Source: an uncultured Candidatus Rokubacteria bacterium (GTDB lineage: Bacteria > Methylomirabilota > Methylomirabilia > Rokubacteriales > CSP1-6). From it: a stretch of DNA of 64,000 bases. Under the pieces are notes generated by a model. The model saw only the letters and a program-made list of their open reading frames with translations, was not told where the DNA came from and made no database searches. The position numbers were made by a program, and so were the translations under genes. This document shows, piece after piece, positions 36,386 through 49,976 of this stretch; position 1 is the stretch's first letter, and each line of letters starts with the position of its first letter. Location of the stretch: the NCBI GenBank assembly GCA_963747235.1, contig CAVVEU010000027.1, forward strand, positions 29,689-93,688, in the 5' to 3' direction.

Positions 36386-37061
36386 GCCACGGCCGGCCAG
36401 GGCAAGTGGAAGCTGGGGGTGACGGTCTACGCGGGCGGCGAGGACACCTTCTGCCATCGCGTCCTCGTGACCCCCGCCGCCACGATCGACCAGGGCCAGC
36501 TCGACCGCCCCGCGCTCGAGGCCAAGGGCCTGAAGGTCCAGCTTGCCAGCCAGCCCGCGGTGGTCTCCGGGCAGGCGTTCACCTCCGGGCAGATCGCGCG
36601 CCTGACCGACTTCGAGAAGCCCCCCGCGGCGGCCCGGCTCCGGGCTGGCGACGCCGGCTCGGCCTGCTCGGCGACCCACTTCGGCCTGGTCAAGGTGGAG
36701 AGCAAGCCCGGCGACCTGGTGGCCGACAACTTCCAGGGTGAGCACGCGACCGCCTTCCTGGTGCGAGACCGCGGGCTCGTCGTCATCACTTCCTGCGGCC
36801 ATGCCGGGGTCATCAACTCCGTGCGGCAGGTGCAGAAGGCCACCGGCATCGAGAAGGTCCGCGGTGGTGGGGGGCTTTCACCTGGCCGCGGCCCCCGACG
36901 AGGTGGTGGCCAAGACGGTGGCCGCCTTCAAGGCCATCAATCCCGACTACGTCCTCCCGGCCCACTGCTCGGGGCTCAATACGATCATGGCGGTGCACCG
37001 GGAGCTCCCGGCCAAGCTGATCATGTCCTCCACGGGCACCCGGGTGGTCTTCGGGGCCTAG
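36386..37061 (+). pseudogene. C-terminal part of an MBL-fold metallohydrolase (paralog of 61802-62743)
   Basis: GEHATAF..RGLVVITSCGHAG..GGFHL..PAHCSG; the N-terminal HxHxDH region is missing. Confidence 0.7.
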
Positions 37062-37130
37062 CGAGGCACCAGCCCGGCAAATTTGACTCGGCGGCCCGGC
37101 GGCGCCTAGGCTCTTGCAACGGAGGGAGCC

Positions 37131-37418
37131 ATGAAGACGCTGCCGCTGGCCCTGCTGTTGCTGCTCGCGAGCGCCGGGATCGCGCCGGCCCAGACGAAGC
37201 CGTCGGGCACGCTGGACCTGGAGTACAAGCAGCGGGCGCCTGCCCTCCGCCCGGTGCCGCCCAGGAAGATCGAGGAGGACACGACGCAGGCGGTGCAGGA
37301 GCTAGACCGCCAGCGCACCGACCGCATGCTACGCGACGTCCAGCCGGGGCCTGCCAGGCGCCCCGATCTCGACCGGGACGTAACCCAGGGAATACAAACC
37401 CGCGGGCTGCGCCGCTAG
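37131..37418 (+). CDS. Small exported hypothetical protein
   Basis: RBS GGAGG, signal peptide MKTLPLALLLLLASAGIAPA. Confidence 0.7.
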   Translation: MKTLPLALLLLLASAGIAPAQTKPSGTLDLEYKQRAPALRPVPPRKIEEDTTQAVQELDRQRTDRMLRDVQPGPARRPDLDRDVTQGIQTRGLRR

Positions 37419-37424
37419 TCTGCG

Positions 37425-37548
37425 GCGGACGCCGAGAAGGGCCCGTCTGCTTCGTTGGTGCCCTCGGCCGCCCGCTCAACGTAAAGGAGTACGCCTCGCG
37501 CCCGGCCTTCGGGCGCCGCCTCGCAGCTGGACCCTTCTCGCCGCCCGA
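37425..37548. repeat. Long imperfect palindrome (MITE-like intergenic element)
   Basis: CGAGAAGGGCCCGTCTGC (37433) pairs with GCAGCTGGACCCTTCTCG (37523); inner arms also pair. Confidence 0.6.
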
Positions 37549-37569
37549 CTCCCGGGTGCGTGTAGACCG

Positions 37570-41819
<4,250 letters not shown>

Positions 41820-41887
41820 CGCATCAGTATAGTCAGATTGTCTCCGGCCTGCATCCGAGCGCGAACGTCTGCGCTATGCTAGCCGCC

Positions 41888-43145
41888 ATGACTCCGGGCC
41901 CGCTCGTCGCTCTGTTCGCGCTGGCGCTGACGCTGGTCGTTTCGGGCGCACCGTGGTCCGACGCGCCACCCGCCGAGGCCCAGCGTCCCGCGGTCAGCCG
42001 CAGCGGCGTGCTCGGCGGCGCGGACTACCTGATCGAGGTGCCCGCCAACTGGAACGGCGGGCTCGTCGTCTTCGCGCACGGGATCCAGCGAGGTCCGGGC
42101 CGCGGCGACGTCCGCTTGCCGCCGATCGCGAGCCACATCATCGCCGAAGGTCACGCGTGGATCGCGTCCGGCTACCGGGAGCGCGAGTATCAGCCCCACC
42201 TGTTCATCGAGGACCTCGTCGCGCTCCGCGAGCTGTTCCTGAAGGAGATCGGGCAGCCACGCTGGTCGATCATCTACGGCCAGTCCATGGGCGGCCACAT
42301 CACCGTCGCGTCCCTGGAGCTGCGGCCGGGTCTCTACCAGGGCGGTCTCTCGGAATGCGGGCTCGTCGACGGCATCGGGATCGCCGACTACCTGATGGCG
42401 TACACGGCCGCGGCCGAGCTGATCTCCGGCTTGCCCATCCTCGATGCGCCCGACCGGCTACGCGTTTGGACCCCACCTCGCGGGCCTCGTGCGGGTGCTC
42501 GGCCTGCCGGGCTCGTACACCGCGCGCGGTCGGCAGTTCGACAGCGTCGTCAAGTTCCTGATGGGCGCCGATCGAGCCGGCAACGACCTGCCGCTGCGCC
42601 TCCAGGGGCTCCAGGCGCGGTACCTGCTCAACATCATGCACCGCCCCAAGGACGTCGAGAACGAGCCGAACCCGGGCCTGCGCGCGGCGAGCACCGCCCA
42701 CGTCAAGTACCGGATCGATCCCGACCTCGGTCTCACCGAAGACGAGCTCAATGCGCGCGTCAGGCGGATCCACCCGGTGAAGGACGCCCGTTCGCCGAGC
42801 GCCAACCCGGTGTACGCGGAGCGGACGGGCCGGCTCACGGTGCCGCTCCTCACGCTGCACGAGACCGGCGATGCCTGGGTGCCGCTGAGCCTCGAGCAGT
42901 CGTACAAGCGCCGCACCATGATGGCGGGAACGGACCACCTCCTCGTGCAGCGCGTGGTACGGGCCCCGAGTCATTGCGGCGTCGACGGGTCGACACGGCG
43001 CCAGGCGTTCGACGATCTCGTCGCGTGGATCGAGCGCGGGGTGCGGCCGGACGGCGAGGACGTGCTCGCCGCCGATCTCTCACGCGTCGGGCTCAAGTGG
43101 ACGCCCTTCCTGCATCCGGAGGATCCGCTGGCCGCGCGCCGCTGA
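41888..43145 (+). CDS. Exported alpha/beta-hydrolase (frameshift near 42450)
   Basis: VFAHG, GQSMGG nucleophile elbow, GDAWVP, SHC. Confidence 0.7.
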
Positions 43146-43191
43146 CCGTCAGATTGACTAGGCCGTCACACCTCCGTAGCCTTGTCGCGTC

Positions 43192-44464
43192 ATGACGGCC
43201 TCGTCCGAGACGGTGATCGTGGGCGGCGGGCACGCCGGGCTCGCGCTCAGCTACCACCTGGGCCGCCTCGGGCGCCCGCACCTCATCCTCGAGCGGGGCC
43301 GGGTGGCGGAGCGCTGGCGAAGCGAGCGCTGGGATTCGCTGATGTTCCAGTTCCCGAACTGGAGCCTGCGCCTGCCCGGCCAGGAGTATCGCGGCGACCG
43401 GCCGGATGGCTTCGCGACGCGCGAGGAAGTGATCGCCTTCATCGAGCGCTACCGCGAGCTCGTCAACGCGCCCGTCAGGACCGGCGTGCGCGTGGACCGC
43501 GTCCGCCCGCTGGACGGCGGCTTCCGGCTCGAGACCACCGAGGGCGACGATCGACGCGGCCAATGTCGTCGTCGCCACCGGCCCGTACCAGGAGCCGATC
43601 CTGCCGGCCGTCCGCCACGCGCTGCCGCCGGGCCTCGTCCAGGTGCACGCGAGCGGCTATCGCAATCCCGCGCAGCTCCCGCCCGGCGCGGTGCTGGTCG
43701 TCGGCTCCGGCGCCTCCGGCTGCCAGATCGTGGAGGACCTGCTCGCGGCGGGCCGGACCGTGTTCTTCTCGGTGGGCCGCCACCGGCGCTATCCGCGCCG
43801 CTACCGCGGCCACGACATGTTCTGGTGGATGGAACGGATCGGCGCGCTGGACCAGACGCTCGACGAGCGCCCCGACGCGCGCGAGCGGCCGAATCCGCTC
43901 GTCACCGGGGTCGGCGGCGGCCACGAGATCGACCTGCGCGACTACGCGGCGGCCGGCGTCACCTTGCTCGGGCATCTCCAGGCCGTCACGGGCTCGCGGC
44001 TCCAGCTGGCCGACGATCTCGAGACGCTGCTGGCCGCGGGCGACGAGAGCGTCGGCGTGTTCACGCGCGCGGTGGACGCCTACATCGCGCGGTCCGGCCT
44101 CGCGGCCCCGGCGGAGGCGCCGTCCCCGATCGCGTCGCTCCGCCCGGAGGTGCCGCGTGCCGATCGGTCGGCGCCGATACGCGAGCTCGATCTGGCCGCT
44201 TCAGGCATCATGTCGGTGGTCTGGGCCACCGGCTTCCGGCGCGATTTCTCGTGGATCGACGCGCCCGTCTTCGACGAGCGGGGCGAGCCGATCCACCGGC
44301 GCGGTGTCACCGGCTGCGCGGGGCTCTATTTCCTGGGGCTGCCGTGGCTCCACAAGCTCAAGTCATCGGTGCTGTGCGGGGTCGGGGACGACGCCGCCCA
44401 TCTGGCCGACCATATCGCCGCGGGCGCCACGCGCCCCCGGCCGGGACTGATCAGGAGGGCGTGA
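43192..44464 (+). CDS. Flavin-containing monooxygenase-like protein (frameshift near 43548)
   Basis: GGGHAG, ERWDS, VVGSGASG, WATGF. Confidence 0.85.
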
Positions 44465-45567
44465 TGGCCATCGAGTTCATCGGCATGATCGGAGTGCGGC
44501 CCGAAGGGGCCGACGGCGCCGCGGTGCACGTGATCGGCGGCGAGATCGACATGGCATGGGTCCGGGAGTTCTCCCAGGCCCACGAGCGCGCGGGCTTCGA
44601 CAAGGTGCTGGTGGGCTACACGTCCACCTCCGCGGACGGCTTCCTGGTCTCGGCCTATGCCGCGGCCCACACCGAGCGGCTCGGCTATCTGCTCGCCCAC
44701 CGCCCCGGCTTCGTCGCGCCCACGCTGGCCGCGCGCAAGGCGGCCACGCTCGATCAGCTCTCGGGCGGCCGGCTCGCGCTCCACATCATCACCGGCGGCA
44801 GCGACGCCGACCAGGCGCGCGACGGCGACTTCGTGGACCACGACACGCGCTACCGCCGCACCGACGAGTATCTCGGGCTGATGCGGCGCGTGTGGACGGA
44901 GGCGCGGCCCTTCGACCACGCCGGCGAGTTCTACCGGGTCACCGCGGCCTACTCGGACGTCAAGCCGGTGCAGCGGCCGCACGTGCCGCTCTACTTCGGC
45001 GGCGCCTCGGAGGCCGCGCACCGGATCGGCGTCCGCCACTGCGACGTCTACATGCTGTGGGGCGAGCCGCTCGCCGCGATCCGCGACCGCATCGCGACCG
45101 TGCGCGCGGCGGCGGCGGAGGCCGGCCGGGAGCCGGGCGCGCCGCGGTTCAGCGTGTCGCTGCGGCCGATCATCGCGCCCACCGAGGCGCAGGCCTGGGC
45201 CAAGGCGCGCACGATCCTGGAGCAGGTGCAGTCGAAGCAGGGCCAGCGCGCCGTCCCCCAGCCCGAGGCGGTGGGCGCCCGCCGCTTGGTGGACTTCGCC
45301 CAGCAGGCCGACGTGCACGACAAGCGGCTCTGGACGCCGATCGCGGCGGCCGTCGGCGGCCAGGGCAATACCACCGCGCTGGTGGGCACGCCCGAGCAGG
45401 TGGCCGAGGCGCTGCTCGATTACTACGATCTCGGCGTGACCACGCTGCTGATCCGCGGCTTCGACCCGCTCAACGACGCGATCGAGTACGGCCGCGAGCT
45501 CATCCCCCTGGTGAAGACCGAGGTCGCCCGCCGCGAGCGGGATCGCGCGGCGGCGCTCGCGCGGTGA
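44464..45567 (+). CDS. LLM-class flavin-dependent monooxygenase (SsuD-like)
   Basis: LAHRPG, ATLDQLSGGR, YFGGAS, LVGTPEQVA. Confidence 0.9.
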   Translation: MAIEFIGMIGVRPEGADGAAVHVIGGEIDMAWVREFSQAHERAGFDKVLVGYTSTSADGFLVSAYAAAHTERLGYLLAHRPGFVAPTLAARKAATLDQLSGGRLALHIITGGSDADQARDGDFVDHDTRYRRTDEYLGLMRRVWTEARPFDHAGEFYRVTAAYSDVKPVQRPHVPLYFGGASEAAHRIGVRHCDVYMLWGEPLAAIRDRIATVRAAAAEAGREPGAPRFSVSLRPIIAPTEAQAWAKARTILEQVQSKQGQRAVPQPEAVGARRLVDFAQQADVHDKRLWTPIAAAVGGQGNTTALVGTPEQVAEALLDYYDLGVTTLLIRGFDPLNDAIEYGRELIPLVKTEVARRERDRAAALAR

Positions 45568-46139
45568 CGCGGCTCCTGGCCGTGGTGGGCGCGGTGACGC
45601 CGCCGGGGCGCCTCGACGCGGCGGTGCGCTTCGCGGCCGACCGCGCGGCCGCCCGGCAGCGGGACGTCTCCGCCACCGTGCTGAGCCTGGGCGCGCATCG
45701 CGTCTCCTTCGCGGACGGGCGCCCGCTCGACCGCTACCCCGACGACACCGCGCGCGTCGTCGGCGCGATCGCCGAGGCCGACGCGGTGCTGCTCGCGAGC
45801 CCGGTCTACCGCGCCTCGTTCACCGGCGCGCTCAAGAACCTGCTCGATCTCACGCCGGTGGAGGCGCTGCGGGCCAAGCCGGTGGGCATCGTGGCGATGG
45901 GCGCGACGCTCCATCACTACCTGGGCGTGGACTGGCAGCTCCGCGCGGTGCTGGCCTGGTTCGGGGCGCTGGTGGTGCCGACCAGCGTGTACCTCGAGTC
46001 CGGCCACTTCCAGGACGGCAAGCTCGCCGATCCCGCCGCCCGCGCCGCTCTCGACGATCTCGTGGGTGCGCTCGTCGCGATGGCGGGCCACGCCCGGGAT
46101 CAGGCCGGCCCGCCCCCGCTGGCGGCGGGGCGCGGCTAG
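45564..46139 (+). CDS. NAD(P)H-dependent FMN reductase (SsuE-like)
   Basis: ASPVYRASFTGALKNLLD. Confidence 0.88.
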   Translation: MTRLLAVVGAVTPPGRLDAAVRFAADRAAARQRDVSATVLSLGAHRVSFADGRPLDRYPDDTARVVGAIAEADAVLLASPVYRASFTGALKNLLDLTPVEALRAKPVGIVAMGATLHHYLGVDWQLRAVLAWFGALVVPTSVYLESGHFQDGKLADPAARAALDDLVGALVAMAGHARDQAGPPPLAAGRG

Positions 46140-46217
46140 GTCCGAATCCTCATCGCGCGGTTTTCGCGCGCCAGTGTAAGCCTCGTTCGAGCGCCGCGCC
46201 GGCGCACCCGTCCGAGG

Positions 46218-46246
46218 TCGGAGGGGGCCGTCAAGGCCCCCTCCGA
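46218..46246. repeat. 12-bp perfect hairpin TCGGAGGGGGCC-GTCAA-GGCCCCCTCCGA
   Basis: Direct inspection; lies between convergent genes. Confidence 0.7.
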
Positions 46247-46249
46247 GAA

Positions 46250-46787
46250 CAAGGCCGCGGATGACGTCGCGCGCGGCGGCGCTCTTCCAGTCGCGGCCGC
46301 CGACGATCCGGCCGACCAGGCGCCCCTCGCGGTCCACCAGGTAGGCGGTGGGCGGCCCGAAGACGCCGTACACCCGCCCCGTGAGGTCGCCCGAGGCGTC
46401 GAGGAGCACCGGCGCGGTGTAGCCGCGCTCGGCGACGGTCCGCTTCACGACGTCGCTACTCTCGCGAAAGCTGATCAACAAGACCTCGAGCCCCTGCCCC
46501 TTGAATTCCTCGTACAGCCGATTGACGGAAGGTAACTCCTCCCGGCAGGTCGTTCACCAGGTGGCCCAGAAGAAGAGCAGCAGCGCCTTGCCCTTCTGGT
46601 CTTCGAGCCGCACCGTGCGGCCGTCGAGCGCGGGCAGGGCGAAGGCGGGCGCCGGCCTGGGCGACTCGTAGGCCTGCACGCCCATCTTCTCCCAGGCCGG
46701 CGGCGCGGCGGCGGGTTGCGCCGCCGCGGCCCCGGCCCAGAGCGCCGCCGCGATCAGGATGGACGCGGCGAGCGGGCGTCTACTCAC
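46250..46787 (-). CDS. Exported TlpA/ResA-like disulfide reductase, putative selenoprotein (UxxC); 3' end unresolved
   Basis: APAFALPALDG..LFFWATW-TGA(46556-46554)-TTCREELPSV.., continuing in frame to PTAYLVDREG; SECIS-like stem. Confidence 0.88.
46527..46543 (-). promoter_or_regulatory. Candidate bacterial SECIS element
   Basis: GGGAGG-AGTTA-CCTTCC hairpin; 16 nt lie between the UGA and the loop, with G at loop position 2. Confidence 0.6.
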
Positions 46788-47344
46788 GCGCCCGAGTCCT
46801 TGAGCGCCTTCAGCACTTCCGCGGGATCCAGCAGGTCGAGCGCGTTGTCCTGGATCTTCATGTACCGGACCACGCCGTTCTTGTCGATCACGTAGTAGGC
46901 GCGCTTGGCGTAGCGGAAGATCGGGCTCTTGTCGTCGGTGACCAGCGCGTCGTACCCGGGCAGCATCGCGCGGCGGAAGTCGGACAGGAGGGGGTAGCTG
47001 ATCTTGTTCTGCTTGGTGAAGGCGTCCAGCGTGGCTGCGTGGTCGGCGCTCACTCCGATGACCTGGGCGCCGGCGGCCGTGAACTGGGGTAGGGTCTCCT
47101 CGAAACCGAGGAGCTCCTTGGTTCAGGTACTGGTGAATGCCTGGATGAAGGTGAAGACGACGACGGGGCCCTTGGCGGTCAGGTCGGACAGCTTCACGGG
47201 CTTGCCGCCGGGGCCGGGCAGGGTGAAATCGGGCGCTTTCTGGCCGACTTCCAGGGCCGTGGCGGGTCCGGCCGAGCCGAGACCGGCGGCGACCAGGCCG
47301 GCCAGCAGCAGGGCCGCGACCAGGAGCGGGGTCATTCGACGCAT
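46784..47344 (-). CDS. Exported peroxiredoxin (AhpE/BCP-like), putative selenoprotein (TxxU)
   Basis: VGQKAPDFTL..AFTST-TGA(47125-47123)-TKEL.., continuing in frame to GVSAD, LLSDF, KRAYYVIDKNG; SECIS-like stem. Confidence 0.9.
47096..47113 (-). promoter_or_regulatory. Candidate bacterial SECIS element
   Basis: CTCCTCG-GTTT-CGAGGAG hairpin; 16 nt lie between the UGA and a loop that starts with G. Confidence 0.7.
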
Positions 47345-47431
47345 GGCGTTCTCCTTTCCAGGGTGAGAGGTGACGCCCACACAACGGGCGGTGGGCTCCC
47401 GAAGTTTCCGGGCCACGCGCATAATGCTCGC

Positions 47432-48256
47432 ATGGATCGGATGATCGCTGGCGAGCCTATCGTCGCGAGCGGCATGGCCTGGACGATACACCGGGAGCGG
47501 GTGCTCCTGGCCGGCTGGGGCCGGGCCATCCTGCTCCAGATCGCCCACCCGAAGGTGGCGCGCGGGGTGGCCGAGCACAGCGGGTTCACGGCCGATCGCT
47601 GGGGGCGGCTCCGGCGCCTGCACCGGACGCTGTCCGCCATGCTCGCCCTGACCTTCGGCTCGGAGGTGGAGGCCGCGGGCTCGGCCGCGCGGATCAATGC
47701 CATCCACGACCGCGTCCACGGCCGGCTCGGGGAGCCGGAGGGGGGCGCGTCCTACAGCGCCCACGATCCGGAGCTGCTCACCTGGGTGCACGCCACCCTG
47801 ATCGAGTCGTTCCTGCTGACGTACCGCCTCTTCGTGGCGCCGGTCACGACCGAGGAAGCCGATCGGTACTGCGCAGAGGCCGGCGGCATCGAGGCGGCGC
47901 TCGGAATCCCGCCGGGCCGGTTGCCGCGCAGGGAGCGCGACCTCCGCGAGTACCTGGACGCGATGCTCGCGGGCGGCTCGATCGAGGTGACCGACACCGC
48001 CCGGCGGCTCTCGCGCGAGATCATCAGGCCGCCGGCGCCGGCGCTCGTCCGGCCCGCCCTCTGGCTGGCCGCGCTGCCGGCCATCGGCCTCCTGCCTCCC
48101 GCGATCCGCGAGGCCTACGGGTTTCCCTGGAATGACCGCCGGGCGCGGGCGCTGCGCGTCCTGGCCGCCGTGACGCGCAGCGGTCTCCCGCTGGCGCCGC
48201 CGGCCCTTCGTTACTGGGCGCGGGCGCGGCGCGCGGAGCGACGGGCGCGCCGGTGA
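47432..48256 (+). CDS. Oxygenase MpaB/DUF2236 family protein
   Basis: RAILLQIAHPKVA, INAIHDRV, DPELLTWVHATL. Confidence 0.85.
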   Translation: MDRMIAGEPIVASGMAWTIHRERVLLAGWGRAILLQIAHPKVARGVAEHSGFTADRWGRLRRLHRTLSAMLALTFGSEVEAAGSAARINAIHDRVHGRLGEPEGGASYSAHDPELLTWVHATLIESFLLTYRLFVAPVTTEEADRYCAEAGGIEAALGIPPGRLPRRERDLREYLDAMLAGGSIEVTDTARRLSREIIRPPAPALVRPALWLAALPAIGLLPPAIREAYGFPWNDRRARALRVLAAVTRSGLPLAPPALRYWARARRAERRARR

Positions 48257-48711
48257 GCGTGATCACGCTCGGGATCGAGTCGCCCCGCCAGGCCGATGTC
48301 GTGCGCCTGATCGAGGCGCTCGACGTCTACCAGAGCGGCCTCTACCCGCCCGAGAGCAATCACTTCCTGGACGTGGACGGGCTCGCGGCGCCGAGCGTGC
48401 GCTTCTTCGTCGCGCGGCGGGACGGACAGGCACTGGGTTGCGCGGGACTCCGGATCGATCCGGCGGGATGGGGCGAGCTGAAGCGGATGTTCGTATCCCC
48501 GGAGGCCCGGGGGCTCAAGCTGGGGCGACGCCTCCTCGATCGGATCGAAGCGGAGGCGCGCCGAGAGGGGCTCGGCTGCGTGCGCCTCGAAACCGGCATC
48601 CACCAGCCGGAGGCGCTCGGGCTCTACCGCTCCGCGGGCTACGTGGAGCGGGAGGCCTTCGGCGACTACGACCCGGATCCGCTCAGCGTCTTCATGGAGA
48701 AGCGTCTCTGA
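48253..48711 (+). CDS. GNAT acetyltransferase
   Basis: ELKRMFV..ARGLKLG, LETGIHQPEA. Confidence 0.9.
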   Translation: MSVITLGIESPRQADVVRLIEALDVYQSGLYPPESNHFLDVDGLAAPSVRFFVARRDGQALGCAGLRIDPAGWGELKRMFVSPEARGLKLGRRLLDRIEAEARREGLGCVRLETGIHQPEALGLYRSAGYVEREAFGDYDPDPLSVFMEKRL

Positions 48712-49020
48712 CGGCCCCACCACATACCGCCCAGCACCGCGGCGGTGCCGCCCACGCCGAGGGCGCTCAGCATCATGCCGCGGCGGAGCGCCTCCCAGCC
48801 GCTGCTCACGCGGACCATCACGTGGGCCGGGATCGCGTCCACGTCGGCACGGATGCGCCAGCGGGCGAAGGCGAGCGGGTCCGCCGGATGCCAGTAGCTG
48901 CCCTGGGGATCCACGACACAGAGGTGTAGCTCGCAGCTCTGCGGGTCGGCGCACCGCTCGGCTCGCCAGCCGAGTCCGCGGCCACGCATCCCCGTGCTTT
49001 GTAGCGCCAGGTTCTCCATG
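48666..49020 (-). CDS. Hypothetical protein (start uncertain)
   Basis: ORF with a C-terminal hydrophobic segment; atypical codon use. Confidence 0.35.
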
Positions 49021-49337
49021 ATGTCGCTCCTCCTCACCCGACGTCGCTCGAAACTCTGGACCCGGCGGCGGAGGCGGGTTGGATCCTCGCCCAGAACCGG
49101 TGTGTGGGCGAGGACTCCGTACTCTTTCAACCCGCGCTCCGCCTCGGGTGTTCCAGAGAAGAGCAAGAGCCGCGCCACCGGGCATTCCGATCGAAAGGCC
49201 GGTTCCCGGGGGCTTTCTCTCCGGCTTCGCTGCTACGCGTTAAGAAGGGCGGGGCGCGAACTGTGGAAGGAATTACCCTGAGGTAGCCCCCGGGTGGCGA
49301 TCGGCGCCCTACCAAATCACTGTGTTAGAGTACGCGC

Positions 49338-49976
49338 ATGCCTGCGGTGCTGATCACGGTCGAGGGCGTCGAAGGATCCGGCAAATCTACACAATGCGCT
49401 CGGCTGGAGCAGCATTTGGTAGGGCGGGGCCTACAGGTTGTGCGGACCAGTGAGCCCGACGGCACGCCGCTCGGCCTGCGGGTGCGGGCGCTGTTCGAGG
49501 CCTCCGGCCCCACGCCGACGCCGCTCACCCAGACCTTCCTCTTCATGGCCGCGCGTCAGGAGCACGTCACACGCGTCATCGCGCCGGCGCTCGCGCGGGG
49601 CGCGGTGGTGATCTCCGACCGCTACGCGGACGCGACGGTGGCCTACCAGGGTTACGGCCAGGGCATGGACGTCCAGACGATCCGAGAGTTGAACATGCTC
49701 GCGACGGGCGGCGTGCTGCCCGATCTCACCCTGGTGCTGGATCTCGATCCGGTCGCGGGCATGCGGCGCATCCGGGGGCGCGCGCTCGACACCTTCGAGA
49801 AGATGGACACCGCCTTCCACCGCCGCGTGCGCGAGGGCTATCTCGAGATCGCGCGCGCCGACAAGAATCGCGTGGTCGTGCTGGACGCCGACCGCGAGCC
49901 GGACGCGCTGCACGCCGACGTGGTCCGCGCGGTGGACGAATTGCTGGCGCGGCGCGGAGGCGTCCGTGGCGCTTGA
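49338..49976 (+). CDS. tmk: Thymidylate kinase
   Basis: EGVEGSGKSTQ, SDRYADAT, PDLTLVLD. Confidence 0.95.
   Translation: MPAVLITVEGVEGSGKSTQCARLEQHLVGRGLQVVRTSEPDGTPLGLRVRALFEASGPTPTPLTQTFLFMAARQEHVTRVIAPALARGAVVISDRYADATVAYQGYGQGMDVQTIRELNMLATGGVLPDLTLVLDLDPVAGMRRIRGRALDTFEKMDTAFHRRVREGYLEIARADKNRVVVLDADREPDALHADVVRAVDELLARRGGVRGA

Noticed and set aside
43192-45567. Apparent FMO-LLM fusion (791 aa)
   Set aside because: Frameshift near 43548; the LLM gene has its own RBS and start codon
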